This document shows positions 36,726-46,748 of a DNA stretch of 64,000 nucleotides, one piece after another; within the stretch, counting starts at the first letter, position 1, and each line of letters opens with the position of its first letter. A program made the translations under genes and the position numbers. The notes beneath the pieces were generated by a model that was not told the origin of the DNA, did no database searches, and was given only the letters and a program-made list of their open reading frames with translations. The DNA comes from an uncultured delta proteobacterium (GTDB taxonomy: Bacteria; Myxococcota; UBA727; VGSZ01), in NCBI GenBank assembly GCA_963775425.1, contig CAVZJB010000016.1:960001-1024000 (forward strand), in the 5' to 3' direction.

Positions 36726-38003
36726 ATGCCGCGACGAAAGGTAACGACGACGACGCGGCAGGCGCGCGGGCGCGAGCGCGCCCTGGCGGACGCCGGGCTC
36801 CCGCTCGTCTTCGCGGCCGCGCTCGACGCGGTGGCGCGGCACCGCGCCGCCGGCGAGCCGCTCGAGCGTGCCCTCGCCGACGTCTCGCGCGCCCGCCGCC
36901 TCGGGCCCCGTGAGCGGCGCGCGGTCGGCGACGCGATCTTTTCGTGGGCGCGGCTGCGCGGGGCCGTGGAGGGCCTCGTGGACGACGCCGTCGCAGAGGC
37001 CGGCGGCATCAAGCCGTCGCGGAGGGACCGCGACCTCGCCGCGCTGCTCCTCGCCGAAGCCGGCGGCGGTGCCGACCCCGATCCCCGCGCGCGCGCGCGC
37101 CTGACGCCGGAGCTGCGAGCGCTCGTCGACGAAGCCGCTGCGCGCGGCCTGCCCGCGGCCCACAGCGCCCTGCCCGCGTGGCTCGACGACGCGCTGCGCC
37201 ACGCCCACGGCGACGCCGCCCCGGCGCTCGTCGCCGCGCTGGGCCGCCCCGCGCCGCTGGTGCTCGCCTTCGACCCCCGCCACGTCGATGCCGCCGCGGT
37301 CATGGCCGCGATCGCGGCCGGCGGCGCAGAGGCCACGCCCTCCCCGGTGGTGCCGGACGCCCTGCGCGTGGGCGATCGGAAGGGCCGCGCGCCGCTGCGG
37401 ATCGCCGCGCTCCCCGAGGCCGTCCGGCGCTTCGTGTGGCCCATGGACGACGGCAGCCAGGCGGTGGCCGCCGCCGTCGAGGTCCGGCCCGGCGAGCTCG
37501 TGCTCGACCTGTGCGCCGGAGGCGGCGGCAAGGCCCGCTTCCTGTCCGCGCGCGGCGCGCGCGTCGTCGCCGCCGACCTCTCCCCCGAGCGCCTGGCCGC
37601 CGTGCCCGCCGACGTCCTGCGCGTGGTGGCCGACGGCCGCGCGCCGCCGTTTCGCCCCGGCACCTTCGACAAGGTGCTCCTCGACGCCCCCTGCAGCGGC
37701 ACGGGCACGCTGCGGCGCGCCCCGGACCTCGCCCGCCGACAATCCGCCGACGACGTCGCGCGCTTCGCCGCGCTCCAGAGAGCGCTGCTCGAGGCCGCGC
37801 TCGCGCTGGTGCGTCCGGGCGGCCGCGTCGTCTACGCCACGTGCTCGCTCTTGCGCGAAGAGAACGACGACGTCGTGGATGCCGCGCTGAGGGCGCACCC
37901 CGACGTGACGCAGGTCCGGCGCGATCGCTGGCTCCCGCACATCCACGGCACCGACGGCTTCTTCGCCTCGACGCTGCTGTGTCCCGGTTCACGCCCAAAG
38001 TAG
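36726..38003 (+). CDS. RsmB/NOP family RNA m5C methyltransferase
   Basis: VLDLCAGGGGK, DAPCSGTG, YATCS, GTDGFF. Confidence 0.9.
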   Translation: MPRRKVTTTTRQARGRERALADAGLPLVFAAALDAVARHRAAGEPLERALADVSRARRLGPRERRAVGDAIFSWARLRGAVEGLVDDAVAEAGGIKPSRRDRDLAALLLAEAGGGADPDPRARARLTPELRALVDEAAARGLPAAHSALPAWLDDALRHAHGDAAPALVAALGRPAPLVLAFDPRHVDAAAVMAAIAAGGAEATPSPVVPDALRVGDRKGRAPLRIAALPEAVRRFVWPMDDGSQAVAAAVEVRPGELVLDLCAGGGGKARFLSARGARVVAADLSPERLAAVPADVLRVVADGRAPPFRPGTFDKVLLDAPCSGTGTLRRAPDLARRQSADDVARFAALQRALLEAALALVRPGGRVVYATCSLLREENDDVVDAALRAHPDVTQVRRDRWLPHIHGTDGFFASTLLCPGSRPK

Positions 38004-38077
38004 CCGACGGCGGCGCGCGTGATCCCGGCGGCCCGCGCCCGTTCGCGGCGCCGGCGACCGCGCGCTAGACTCGCCGG

Positions 38078-39994
38078 ATGCCTTTGCGCCTGCCCCCTGT
38101 CGTCGCCGGGCTCGTCGTCGCCGTGGGTGCGCTCGCCGGCTGCCCCGGGCTGCTGCCGTGCGTCGCCGCCGACGACTGCGCCGCCCCCACCACGTGCGTC
38201 GAGGGCCAGTGCGTGTTGTCGTGCGAGCGCGACGGTGACTGCACCGAGGGGCAGACGTGTGTCGACGGGCTCTGCTCCGACGCTCCCGGCGAGGGCGAGG
38301 GCGAGGGCGAAGGAGAGGGCGACGAGGGAGAGGGAGAGGGCGAAGGCGAAGGCGAAGGCGAAGGCGAAGGCGAGGGAGAGGGCGAAGGAGAGGGCGAGGG
38401 CGATCCCTGCGGCAACGGCGCACAGGACGGCGCCGAGGCCTGCGACGACGGCAACAACAACCCCGGCGACGGCTGCAGCGCCACGTGCACCGTCGACAGC
38501 GGCTTCACCTGTCAGGGCTTTCCGTCGCAGTGCGCCGAGCTGCCCGTCGCCGACCGCTGCGCGTCCACCGATCCGTTCAACCGCGACATCAACGGCGACT
38601 GCATCCCGGACGTCGTCGTCGGCGCGCCCGGCTCGAGCGGCTTTCAGCTCGTGCAGGGGCTCAACAACGCCACCAACTTCCAGATGGCCAACCCCATCGG
38701 CCCCCCCGAAAACAACGGCCGCTTCGGCAACACCATCGCCCTCGAGCGCGACCGCGGCGTCGACGGCGCGCGCGCCTTCTACGCCACGCGCGGCGCCGCC
38801 GGCGAGATCTGGTACTTCACCGTCGACGGAGCGTTCGTGAACGCCCCGTTCGGCACCCTCGCGCTCGCCGGCTCCACCACCCTCGGGCTCGACGCCATGG
38901 CCGTGCTCCCCTCGGGGCCGGGCGGCGAGGGCGCGCTCGCGTTCACCGAGGGCAGCTCGCTCTTTGTCACCGACGGCGTCGTCCCGGCGCCCAATGCGAG
39001 CATCGAGATCAACGCCACGCAGGTGGTCGACGGCGCGACCGGCGCGGTCAAGGCGCTCGCCGTCGGCCCCGACGAGGACGGCGACGGCTTGCCCGATCTC
39101 ATCGTCGGCGCGCCCGGCCGCGCGGGCGGCGCGGTGTTCTTCGTCTCGTCGCTCACGCACCAGCGCGTCGGGCGGTCCTTCGACGCCCCGGCCGGCGTCG
39201 CGAGCTTCGGCGCCGCGCTCGGCGCGCTCGGCGACCTCGACGGCGACGGTGAGGATGACTTCGCGGTGGGCGCGCCGGCCGAAGGCAAGGGCCTCGCCTT
39301 CCTGAGCCTGTCGTCGCGCGGCGTCGACCTCGTCGAGCTCGACCCGCCCGCCAACTACACGGTCGGCGCGCGCTTCGGCGCCGCCATCACCGCCGTCGGC
39401 GACGTCGACGGTGACGCGCTCGGTGACCTGCTCGTCGGCGCGCCCTTCAACGACGGCGGCGGCGCGCTGCTCAGAAACGGCGCCGCGTGCGCGTCGGACG
39501 CCGACTGCAACGACGCCAACGTCGGCTTTCCCGGCCTCGGCCTCACGTGCTCGAGCGGCCGCTGCGTCGACGCCGTGAACGATCCCCACTGCCGCACGCT
39601 CGGAGGCAATCCCACCTACAACGGCGACTGCGGCGGCGCCGTCGCTCTCGCCAAGAGCGTCGACTTCCTCACCGGCGCCACCACCGCAACGACCAACCCC
39701 TGCATCGACGTCGGCGTCAACGGCGACGTGTCGCGCCTCGGGTCGGCGCTCACGGTCATCGGGCCGCAGCCGGGCAATCCCACCGGCGGTGTGCGCGTCG
39801 GCATCGGCGTGCCCGGCGATCCGCTGCGGACGAGCCCACCGCCGGTCGCCGCCGTGGTCAACGGGCAGCTCCTCATCATCAACCTCCTGCTCACCGCGGA
39901 CGGCAACTGCGGCGGCACCGGTGGCAGCACCCAGGTGTCCGCGTTCGCCGGCGGGCTCGCGGCGGGCGAGCTCGGCGCCAGCGTCGGTCGTTGA
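38078..39994 (+). CDS. Surface lipoprotein: Cys-rich modules, (EG)n linker, myxobacterial Cys-rich repeat, FG-GAP repeats
   Basis: Lipobox LAGC; CGNG..EACDDGN..GDGCSATC; several DxDGDG..D..VGAP motifs. Confidence 0.85.
   Translation: MPLRLPPVVAGLVVAVGALAGCPGLLPCVAADDCAAPTTCVEGQCVLSCERDGDCTEGQTCVDGLCSDAPGEGEGEGEGEGDEGEGEGEGEGEGEGEGEGEGEGEGEGDPCGNGAQDGAEACDDGNNNPGDGCSATCTVDSGFTCQGFPSQCAELPVADRCASTDPFNRDINGDCIPDVVVGAPGSSGFQLVQGLNNATNFQMANPIGPPENNGRFGNTIALERDRGVDGARAFYATRGAAGEIWYFTVDGAFVNAPFGTLALAGSTTLGLDAMAVLPSGPGGEGALAFTEGSSLFVTDGVVPAPNASIEINATQVVDGATGAVKALAVGPDEDGDGLPDLIVGAPGRAGGAVFFVSSLTHQRVGRSFDAPAGVASFGAALGALGDLDGDGEDDFAVGAPAEGKGLAFLSLSSRGVDLVELDPPANYTVGARFGAAITAVGDVDGDALGDLLVGAPFNDGGGALLRNGAACASDADCNDANVGFPGLGLTCSSGRCVDAVNDPHCRTLGGNPTYNGDCGGAVALAKSVDFLTGATTATTNPCIDVGVNGDVSRLGSALTVIGPQPGNPTGGVRVGIGVPGDPLRTSPPPVAAVVNGQLLIINLLLTADGNCGGTGGSTQVSAFAGGLAAGELGASVGR
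38288..38401 (+). repeat. 6-bp tandem repeat encoding (EG)n
   Basis: gagggc/gaaggc/gaggga units. Confidence 0.9.
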
Positions 39995-40001
39995 CGCCTC
40001 G

Positions 40002-41021
40002 TCAGGCGACGACGACGCAGTCCACGCCTTCGACGAAGCCCGCGCCGGCGAGCTGCGCGCGCACCACGCCCCGCGCGCCGCTGGTGCCGACGGCGCCGAT
40101 GAGGAAGACGCCGCCGCTCGCGTGAAGCGACGCGAGCGATGACGCGGGGAGCACCTCCACCCCGTGGCGCAGCCGGCCGATGCGGCGGACGGCGACGTCG
40201 ACGAACGCCGCCGGTCGCGCGCCCGCGGCGATGAGCGCGCGCGCGATGCGCCCGCCCTCCTTGCCGGCGCCGGCGACGACGACGCGACGCGCGGCGAGCC
40301 CGAAGCGCGCCACGAGCGCGCGCGCCTTGAGCGCGGCCAGCGCGTCGCGGGAGAAGCGCGTCGTCGTGAGGGGATGTCGGCGCCACCCATGGTGGACGGC
40401 GGGGCGCTTCTCGAGCGCGCCGCCGGCGGCGACGAGGCGCAGGAACAGGTCGTAGTCCTCGGGCCCGTCAGCGGGCGTGCGCCAGCCGCCGGCGGCGTCG
40501 AAGGCGCTCGCGCGAAACGTGGTGGCCGGGTTGCAGAGCGGCTGCTCGATCCAGATCTCGCGGGCATGGTCTTCTGCCGTGATCGAGGCGTTCTGCCACG
40601 CCACGTACGACGCCAGCGCGCCGCGCGCGGTCGATCGCGGCAACAATTTCACGCGGCACGCCACCGCTGCGGCGTCGCTCCGCTCGAGGTGGGCGGCGTC
40701 GGCGGCGAGCCTGTCGGGGTGCATGACGTCGTCGGCGTCCATCCGGGCGATGAAGGCGGCCGTGCACGCCCGCCTGCCGAGCGCGAGGGCGCCGGCGAGA
40801 TCCACGTCGCGCCCCGCCGTGACGACGCGGACCCGCGTGTCCCGCGCGGCGAAGCGCGCCGCGATCTCGGGCGAGGCGTCGTCGCTTGCGTGCTCGACGA
40901 CGACGACCTCCAGCTCGACGCCCCGACTCCGGAGCACGCTGCGCAGCGCCACCGGCAGGGTGGCTGCGGCGTTTCGCACCGGGAGGAGCACCGAGACGAC
41001 GTTGCACCGAGACAAACGCAT
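40002..41021 (-). CDS. Glycosyltransferase family 2
   Basis: VSVLLPVRN, ARMDADD, EDYDLFLR; C-terminal GAGKEG domain. Confidence 0.9.
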   Translation of the reverse strand: MRLSRCNVVSVLLPVRNAAATLPVALRSVLRSRGVELEVVVVEHASDDASPEIAARFAARDTRVRVVTAGRDVDLAGALALGRRACTAAFIARMDADDVMHPDRLAADAAHLERSDAAAVACRVKLLPRSTARGALASYVAWQNASITAEDHAREIWIEQPLCNPATTFRASAFDAAGGWRTPADGPEDYDLFLRLVAAGGALEKRPAVHHGWRRHPLTTTRFSRDALAALKARALVARFGLAARRVVVAGAGKEGGRIARALIAAGARPAAFVDVAVRRIGRLRHGVEVLPASSLASLHASGGVFLIGAVGTSGARGVVRAQLAGAGFVEGVDCVVVA

Positions 41022-41054
41022 CGCTAGGGCCTAGGCTGGCCCCACGAGGTTTTC

Positions 41055-41288
41055 ATGTTTGGCTTGGGCGTTCCTGAGCTTCTGGTCATCCTGTTCATCA
41101 TCCTGCTCCTCTTCGGGGCGAAGAAGCTCCCCAATCTGGCCTCCGGCCTCGGTGGAGCGGTGAACGCCTTCAAGAAATCGATGAACGCCAAGGACGACGA
41201 GGAGCCCGAGATGAAGACCATCGACTCCCGCTCGGTCTCGGCGTCGGGCGACCCCGTCGCCGCGCCCAAGACCGAATCCAAGGTCTAG
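41055..41288 (+). CDS. tatA: Twin-arginine translocase TatA
   Basis: MFGLGVPELLVILFIILLLFGAKKLP..G..FKK. Confidence 0.96.
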   Translation: MFGLGVPELLVILFIILLLFGAKKLPNLASGLGGAVNAFKKSMNAKDDEEPEMKTIDSRSVSASGDPVAAPKTESKV

Positions 41289-41331
41289 GCCCGCGCAGGC
41301 CTGCTGGTGTCGGGCGCCGCCGACGGGCGGC

Positions 41332-42978
<1,647 letters not shown>

Positions 42979-42987
42979 GCGTCCCGT

Positions 42988-43629
42988 CTACGCGACGGGG
43001 TCGACATCGACAACGCGGGCCCGCGACGCGCGCAGCAGCCCGAGGATGGACCAGATGACGAGCGCGAGGCCGAGCGTCCACGCCACCGCGTACTCGCTCA
43101 TCTCCCCGGGGTGCTCGTCGGCGATGACCACACGAGCGTCGACGGGGACCTCGGCGCCCTGCAGCTCCACGAGCTTGCGCGCGTCGGACAGCTCGCTGTC
43201 CGGAGCGAACGACACCACGCGCCCGTCGACGTCGGTCTCGACGAACGGGCCCCAGTGCGGGTGGAGCGCCTTTTGGTACTCGACCCAGATCGGCGCGCCG
43301 AGCACCTGGCGCACCACGATGGGGCCCCAGCGCAGGGAGCCCTTGCGCCACAGCGGGATCTCCGCGGCGCGGTTGCCGAGGATGACGTGGGCGCGCACGC
43401 GCGAGCCCACGGGCAAGACCGAGCCCGAGGGCAGCGCCATCGCGTCGCCGATGTCCGTCGGGGGCGCGCGCCGGAAGCTGTACAACAGCTCGTCGACCGT
43501 GGGCGCGAGGACCAAGGCGACGACGATGGCCGTGGCCAGGGTGACGACGAGCCGCACGGGCGGGACGCGCCGCAGCCGGCGGCCCTCCCGGACCGGCGCC
43601 TTCACGAACTGTTCGAGCTCCCGGTCCAT
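42988..43629 (-). CDS. Hypothetical two-TM membrane protein
   Basis: Two hydrophobic helices flanking a soluble domain; lies within the carD-cysS operon. Confidence 0.7.
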   Translation of the reverse strand: MDRELEQFVKAPVREGRRLRRVPPVRLVVTLATAIVVALVLAPTVDELLYSFRRAPPTDIGDAMALPSGSVLPVGSRVRAHVILGNRAAEIPLWRKGSLRWGPIVVRQVLGAPIWVEYQKALHPHWGPFVETDVDGRVVSFAPDSELSDARKLVELQGAEVPVDARVVIADEHPGEMSEYAVAWTLGLALVIWSILGLLRASRARVVDVDPVA

Positions 43630-43707
43630 GCGCTCACCCTCGAAGCGGGCCGGTTGGCGGGCCCCGCGGCCGCAGGGTTCGACCCCGCCGGGCGGGCGCG
43701 GGTTCCG

Positions 43708-44556
43708 TCAGGCCACGTCGGACTTCGTATCCACCGGCGAGCCGGACGCCACCGTGCCGTCGCTTGGCGCGACCGAGGCGCCGTCGGCCTCGCGCGCCTC
43801 GCCCGGATCGAGCGCCTTGGCGAGCGGGTCCTCGGGCAGCAGATCGCGCGGATACAGGAACGCGTAGTCGACGGCGCGGCGCGAGAACACCTCGAGCGCG
43901 CGGCCGACGTCGGCGGAGTCGCGCAGCAGGATGTTGTCGTCGTCACCGGCCAGGAGGTTCACGGCGGAGCCCGCCTGCGCCACCAGCTCGGCCTCGCTCT
44001 TGTCGTCGCCGTCGGTCATGGTCTGGTCCGCCCACGACGCCACGGCCGCCTTGAGCACCTGCACCTTGAAGCACTGGGGCCCCTGCAGCAGGCGGAGCTG
44101 CGGCCGCACGTCGAGGGGGACGAGCGCGCCGCCCTCCTCGGCGACCACGGCGTCCTTGAGCACGACCGCGGGCACGGCGGCGTCGGCGCCGCGGGCGGCG
44201 GCGGCCACGCGATCGGCGAGGCCCGTGGGGACGAGGACGCGCGCCGCCTCGTGCACGAGGACGAAGTCGACGTCGGCGGGGAGCGCGTCGAGCCCGGCCT
44301 TGAGCGCGCCGCGGCGGTCGGGGCCGCCGGCGACGACGCGATCGATCTCGTCGAGGCCGAAGCGCTCGACCACGTCGCTCTTCACGCGATCGACGAGGTC
44401 ACCGGGGACCACGAGGACGCCGGCGACCGCTTCTTCACCGGGCAGCGCCGCGGCGATGCCGCGCGCGAGCAGGGGCGCGCCGAGCAGGGTGTCGAGGAGG
44501 GCGTGGGGCGGGAGGCCGGCGCCGTTGTCGGCGGTGATCACGATGAGGCCGAGCAT
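43708..44556 (-). CDS. IspD-like cytidylyltransferase-fold protein with catalytic motifs eroded
   Basis: VAGGPDR, VLVHEAAR, QGPQCF; position directly after carD. Confidence 0.75.
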   Translation of the reverse strand: MLGLIVITADNGAGLPPHALLDTLLGAPLLARGIAAALPGEEAVAGVLVVPGDLVDRVKSDVVERFGLDEIDRVVAGGPDRRGALKAGLDALPADVDFVLVHEAARVLVPTGLADRVAAAARGADAAVPAVVLKDAVVAEEGGALVPLDVRPQLRLLQGPQCFKVQVLKAAVASWADQTMTDGDDKSEAELVAQAGSAVNLLAGDDDNILLRDSADVGRALEVFSRRAVDYAFLYPRDLLPEDPLAKALDPGEAREADGASVAPSDGTVASGSPVDTKSDVA

Positions 44557-44571
44557 GGTCACACCTTGTTG

Positions 44572-45061
44572 TCACACTTTGAAGATCGTGCGGAATTCCT
44601 TCTCGACCTCTTCCTCGGACATGGCCTTGGCGATCGAGAATCTCTTTGACGAGGAGCGACCGGGCCGTGTCGAGCATCTTGCGCTCGCCGAAGGAGAGGT
44701 CCTTGTCGCCCTTGAGGAGGTAGAGGTCGCGCAGCACCTTGGCGACCTCGAAGACGGAGCCCGTCTTGATCTTCTCCATGTACTCCCGGTAGCGGCGGTT
44801 CCACGTGGTGGACTCGACGACCTTCTCCTTCTTGCGGAGGATCTTGAAGACCTCCTCCGCCTCCTCCGAGGAGATGATCTCCCGCATCCCCACCGCCTTC
44901 ACGTTGGAGGTGGGGATGAGGACCTTCATGCCGTTGTCGAGGATGCGCAGCACATAGAAGGTCTGCTCGTGACCGGAGATCTCCTTGCGCTCGATCGCGA
45001 TGACCTCCGCGACCCCGTGCGCAGGGTAGACAGCCTTGTCGCCGACCTTGAACGTATCCAT
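44572..45061 (-). CDS. carD: CarD/CdnL RNA-polymerase-binding factor, frameshifted near the 3' end in this sequence
   Basis: FKVGDKAVYPAHGV, TWNRRYR, LSFGERKMLD; the natural C-terminus ISIAKAMSEEEVEKEFRTIFKV lies in the shifted frame. Confidence 0.92.
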
Positions 45062-45109
45062 CACATGCCCTTGCGAGAGGTGAGGTGGGATACCATCTCC
45101 CCGTCCCCG

Positions 45110-46696
45110 ATGCGAGTTCCCGCTTCTCCGGCCGCTCTCCTCGTCCTTGCCCTCCTCGGGCTCGCCGGGCCGACCCGCGGCCAGGAGAGCGTCGGGGCCG
45201 CCTCGGCCGCGCCCGCGCGCGCCTCCACAGGCGCCGGGGCCGCCGACGCCTCGGGGCTGCTCGGCCTCGCGGAGCCGGCGGGCGGCCGCCCGGTGCTGAG
45301 CCTGCCCGACGTCCTCGACCTCGCCCGCAACAACGCCGCCGACGTGCGCATCGCCGCGGAGCGCGTGGTCCAAAGCGAGGCCAACCTGCGGCGCGCGTGG
45401 GCGGCGGTCCTGCCCACGGTCACGCTCCAGGGCTCCTACACGCTCACCTGCGCCGGCGGCGGCCAGGATCTCCTCACGTGCGCCGACCGCACCGCCGTCT
45501 TCGCCGACCCCAAGCAGCTCGAATCGCAAGCGAGCCTGTTCGAGGGCATCGCCAACCTCCTCACCATCGCCGCCGGCGCCGAGAGCGATCCCGGGCAGAA
45601 GCAGCAGCTCCTCGACGACGCCGCCAACCTCAACCAGGGCGCGCAGGACACGCGCGCGGCCGAGCAGACGGCCAAGCCGGTGGTGGTGCAGCCCGCGAGC
45701 GTCTTCGCGGGGAGCCTCACCGTCGCGCTGCCCCTCTTCAACGGCCGCGCCTTTCCGCTGCTGAACAACGCGTACGACTCCGTGGACCTGTCCGCCCGCG
45801 CGCGCGAGCAGATCATCGACGCGCTCCTGTACTCCACCACGCGCGCGTACTACGCCGCCGTCGCCGCCCGAAAGCTCGTCGACATCGCCGAGCGCCGGGT
45901 GGACGGCGCCGCCAAGCACACCGCGGCGACGCAGGCGCGGGTGGAGGCGGCCACGCAGCCGCCGCTGTCGCTCAAGCGGGCCCAGCTCGACGAGCTGCGC
46001 GCCAAGGCGGAGCTCGAGAGCGCCAGGAGCGGCTACGACGTCGCCGTCGCCGGCCTCGGCCTGGTCGTCGGGCGGACGGAGGCGTTCGACGTCGTCGAGC
46101 CGTCGGCGGCCATCGCGCTGCCGCAGGGGACGCCGGAGGAGCTGGCCGACAAGGCGCTCGGCAGCCGCGCCGACGTCGCCGCGGAGAGGCTCACGCTGCA
46201 GATCGCAGAGCGCGGAGAGCTCGACGCGTGGATGATGTTCGCGCCGTCGGTGAACCTCGTGGCGAGCGCGCACGCCACGTCGTTCACCTCGGGCTTCGTC
46301 ACCGATCCCATCAACGGCACCGTCGGCATCACCGCCAGCGTCCCCCTCTACGACGGCGGCGTCCGCTACGCCGCCCTCAAGGACGCCGGCTCCAAGATCC
46401 GCGAGGAGAACATTCGCCTGCGCACGCTCGAGGACCGCGTGCGCGCGCAGGTGCGCGGGAACGCGCGCGACGTTCCCGTGAAGGAGCGCGCGCTGGCCAT
46501 CGCCCACGACGCGGTCGACGTCGCCACGGCGGCGCATGAGCAGGCGCAGGCGGCGTTCGACGCCGGCGTCGGCACGTCTCTCGACGTCAGCGACACGGCG
46601 CTCGCGCTGTTCGTCGCCGACAACGACCTCGCCCGCGCGGAGCTCGACCTCGAGCTCGCCAAGGTCGGCCTCGCCTACGCCGTCGGCGCGCGCTGA
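45110..46696 (+). CDS. TolC-family outer membrane protein
   Basis: Signal peptide; LPTVTL, LPLFNG, RAYY, VPLYDGG, FDAGVGTSLDV. Confidence 0.9.
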   Translation: MRVPASPAALLVLALLGLAGPTRGQESVGAASAAPARASTGAGAADASGLLGLAEPAGGRPVLSLPDVLDLARNNAADVRIAAERVVQSEANLRRAWAAVLPTVTLQGSYTLTCAGGGQDLLTCADRTAVFADPKQLESQASLFEGIANLLTIAAGAESDPGQKQQLLDDAANLNQGAQDTRAAEQTAKPVVVQPASVFAGSLTVALPLFNGRAFPLLNNAYDSVDLSARAREQIIDALLYSTTRAYYAAVAARKLVDIAERRVDGAAKHTAATQARVEAATQPPLSLKRAQLDELRAKAELESARSGYDVAVAGLGLVVGRTEAFDVVEPSAAIALPQGTPEELADKALGSRADVAAERLTLQIAERGELDAWMMFAPSVNLVASAHATSFTSGFVTDPINGTVGITASVPLYDGGVRYAALKDAGSKIREENIRLRTLEDRVRAQVRGNARDVPVKERALAIAHDAVDVATAAHEQAQAAFDAGVGTSLDVSDTALALFVADNDLARAELDLELAKVGLAYAVGAR

Positions 46697-46748
46697 CGCG
46701 ACCCTGCGCCGGCGCGTCCGCCGGCGTCGCCGCTGCTAGCATCGGGCC

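Noticed and set aside
36552-37946. N-terminal extension of the 1070-aa ORF 34734-37946
   Set aside because: Antisense to the RsmB gene; the real start is the ATG at 36551 with SD GGAAGG
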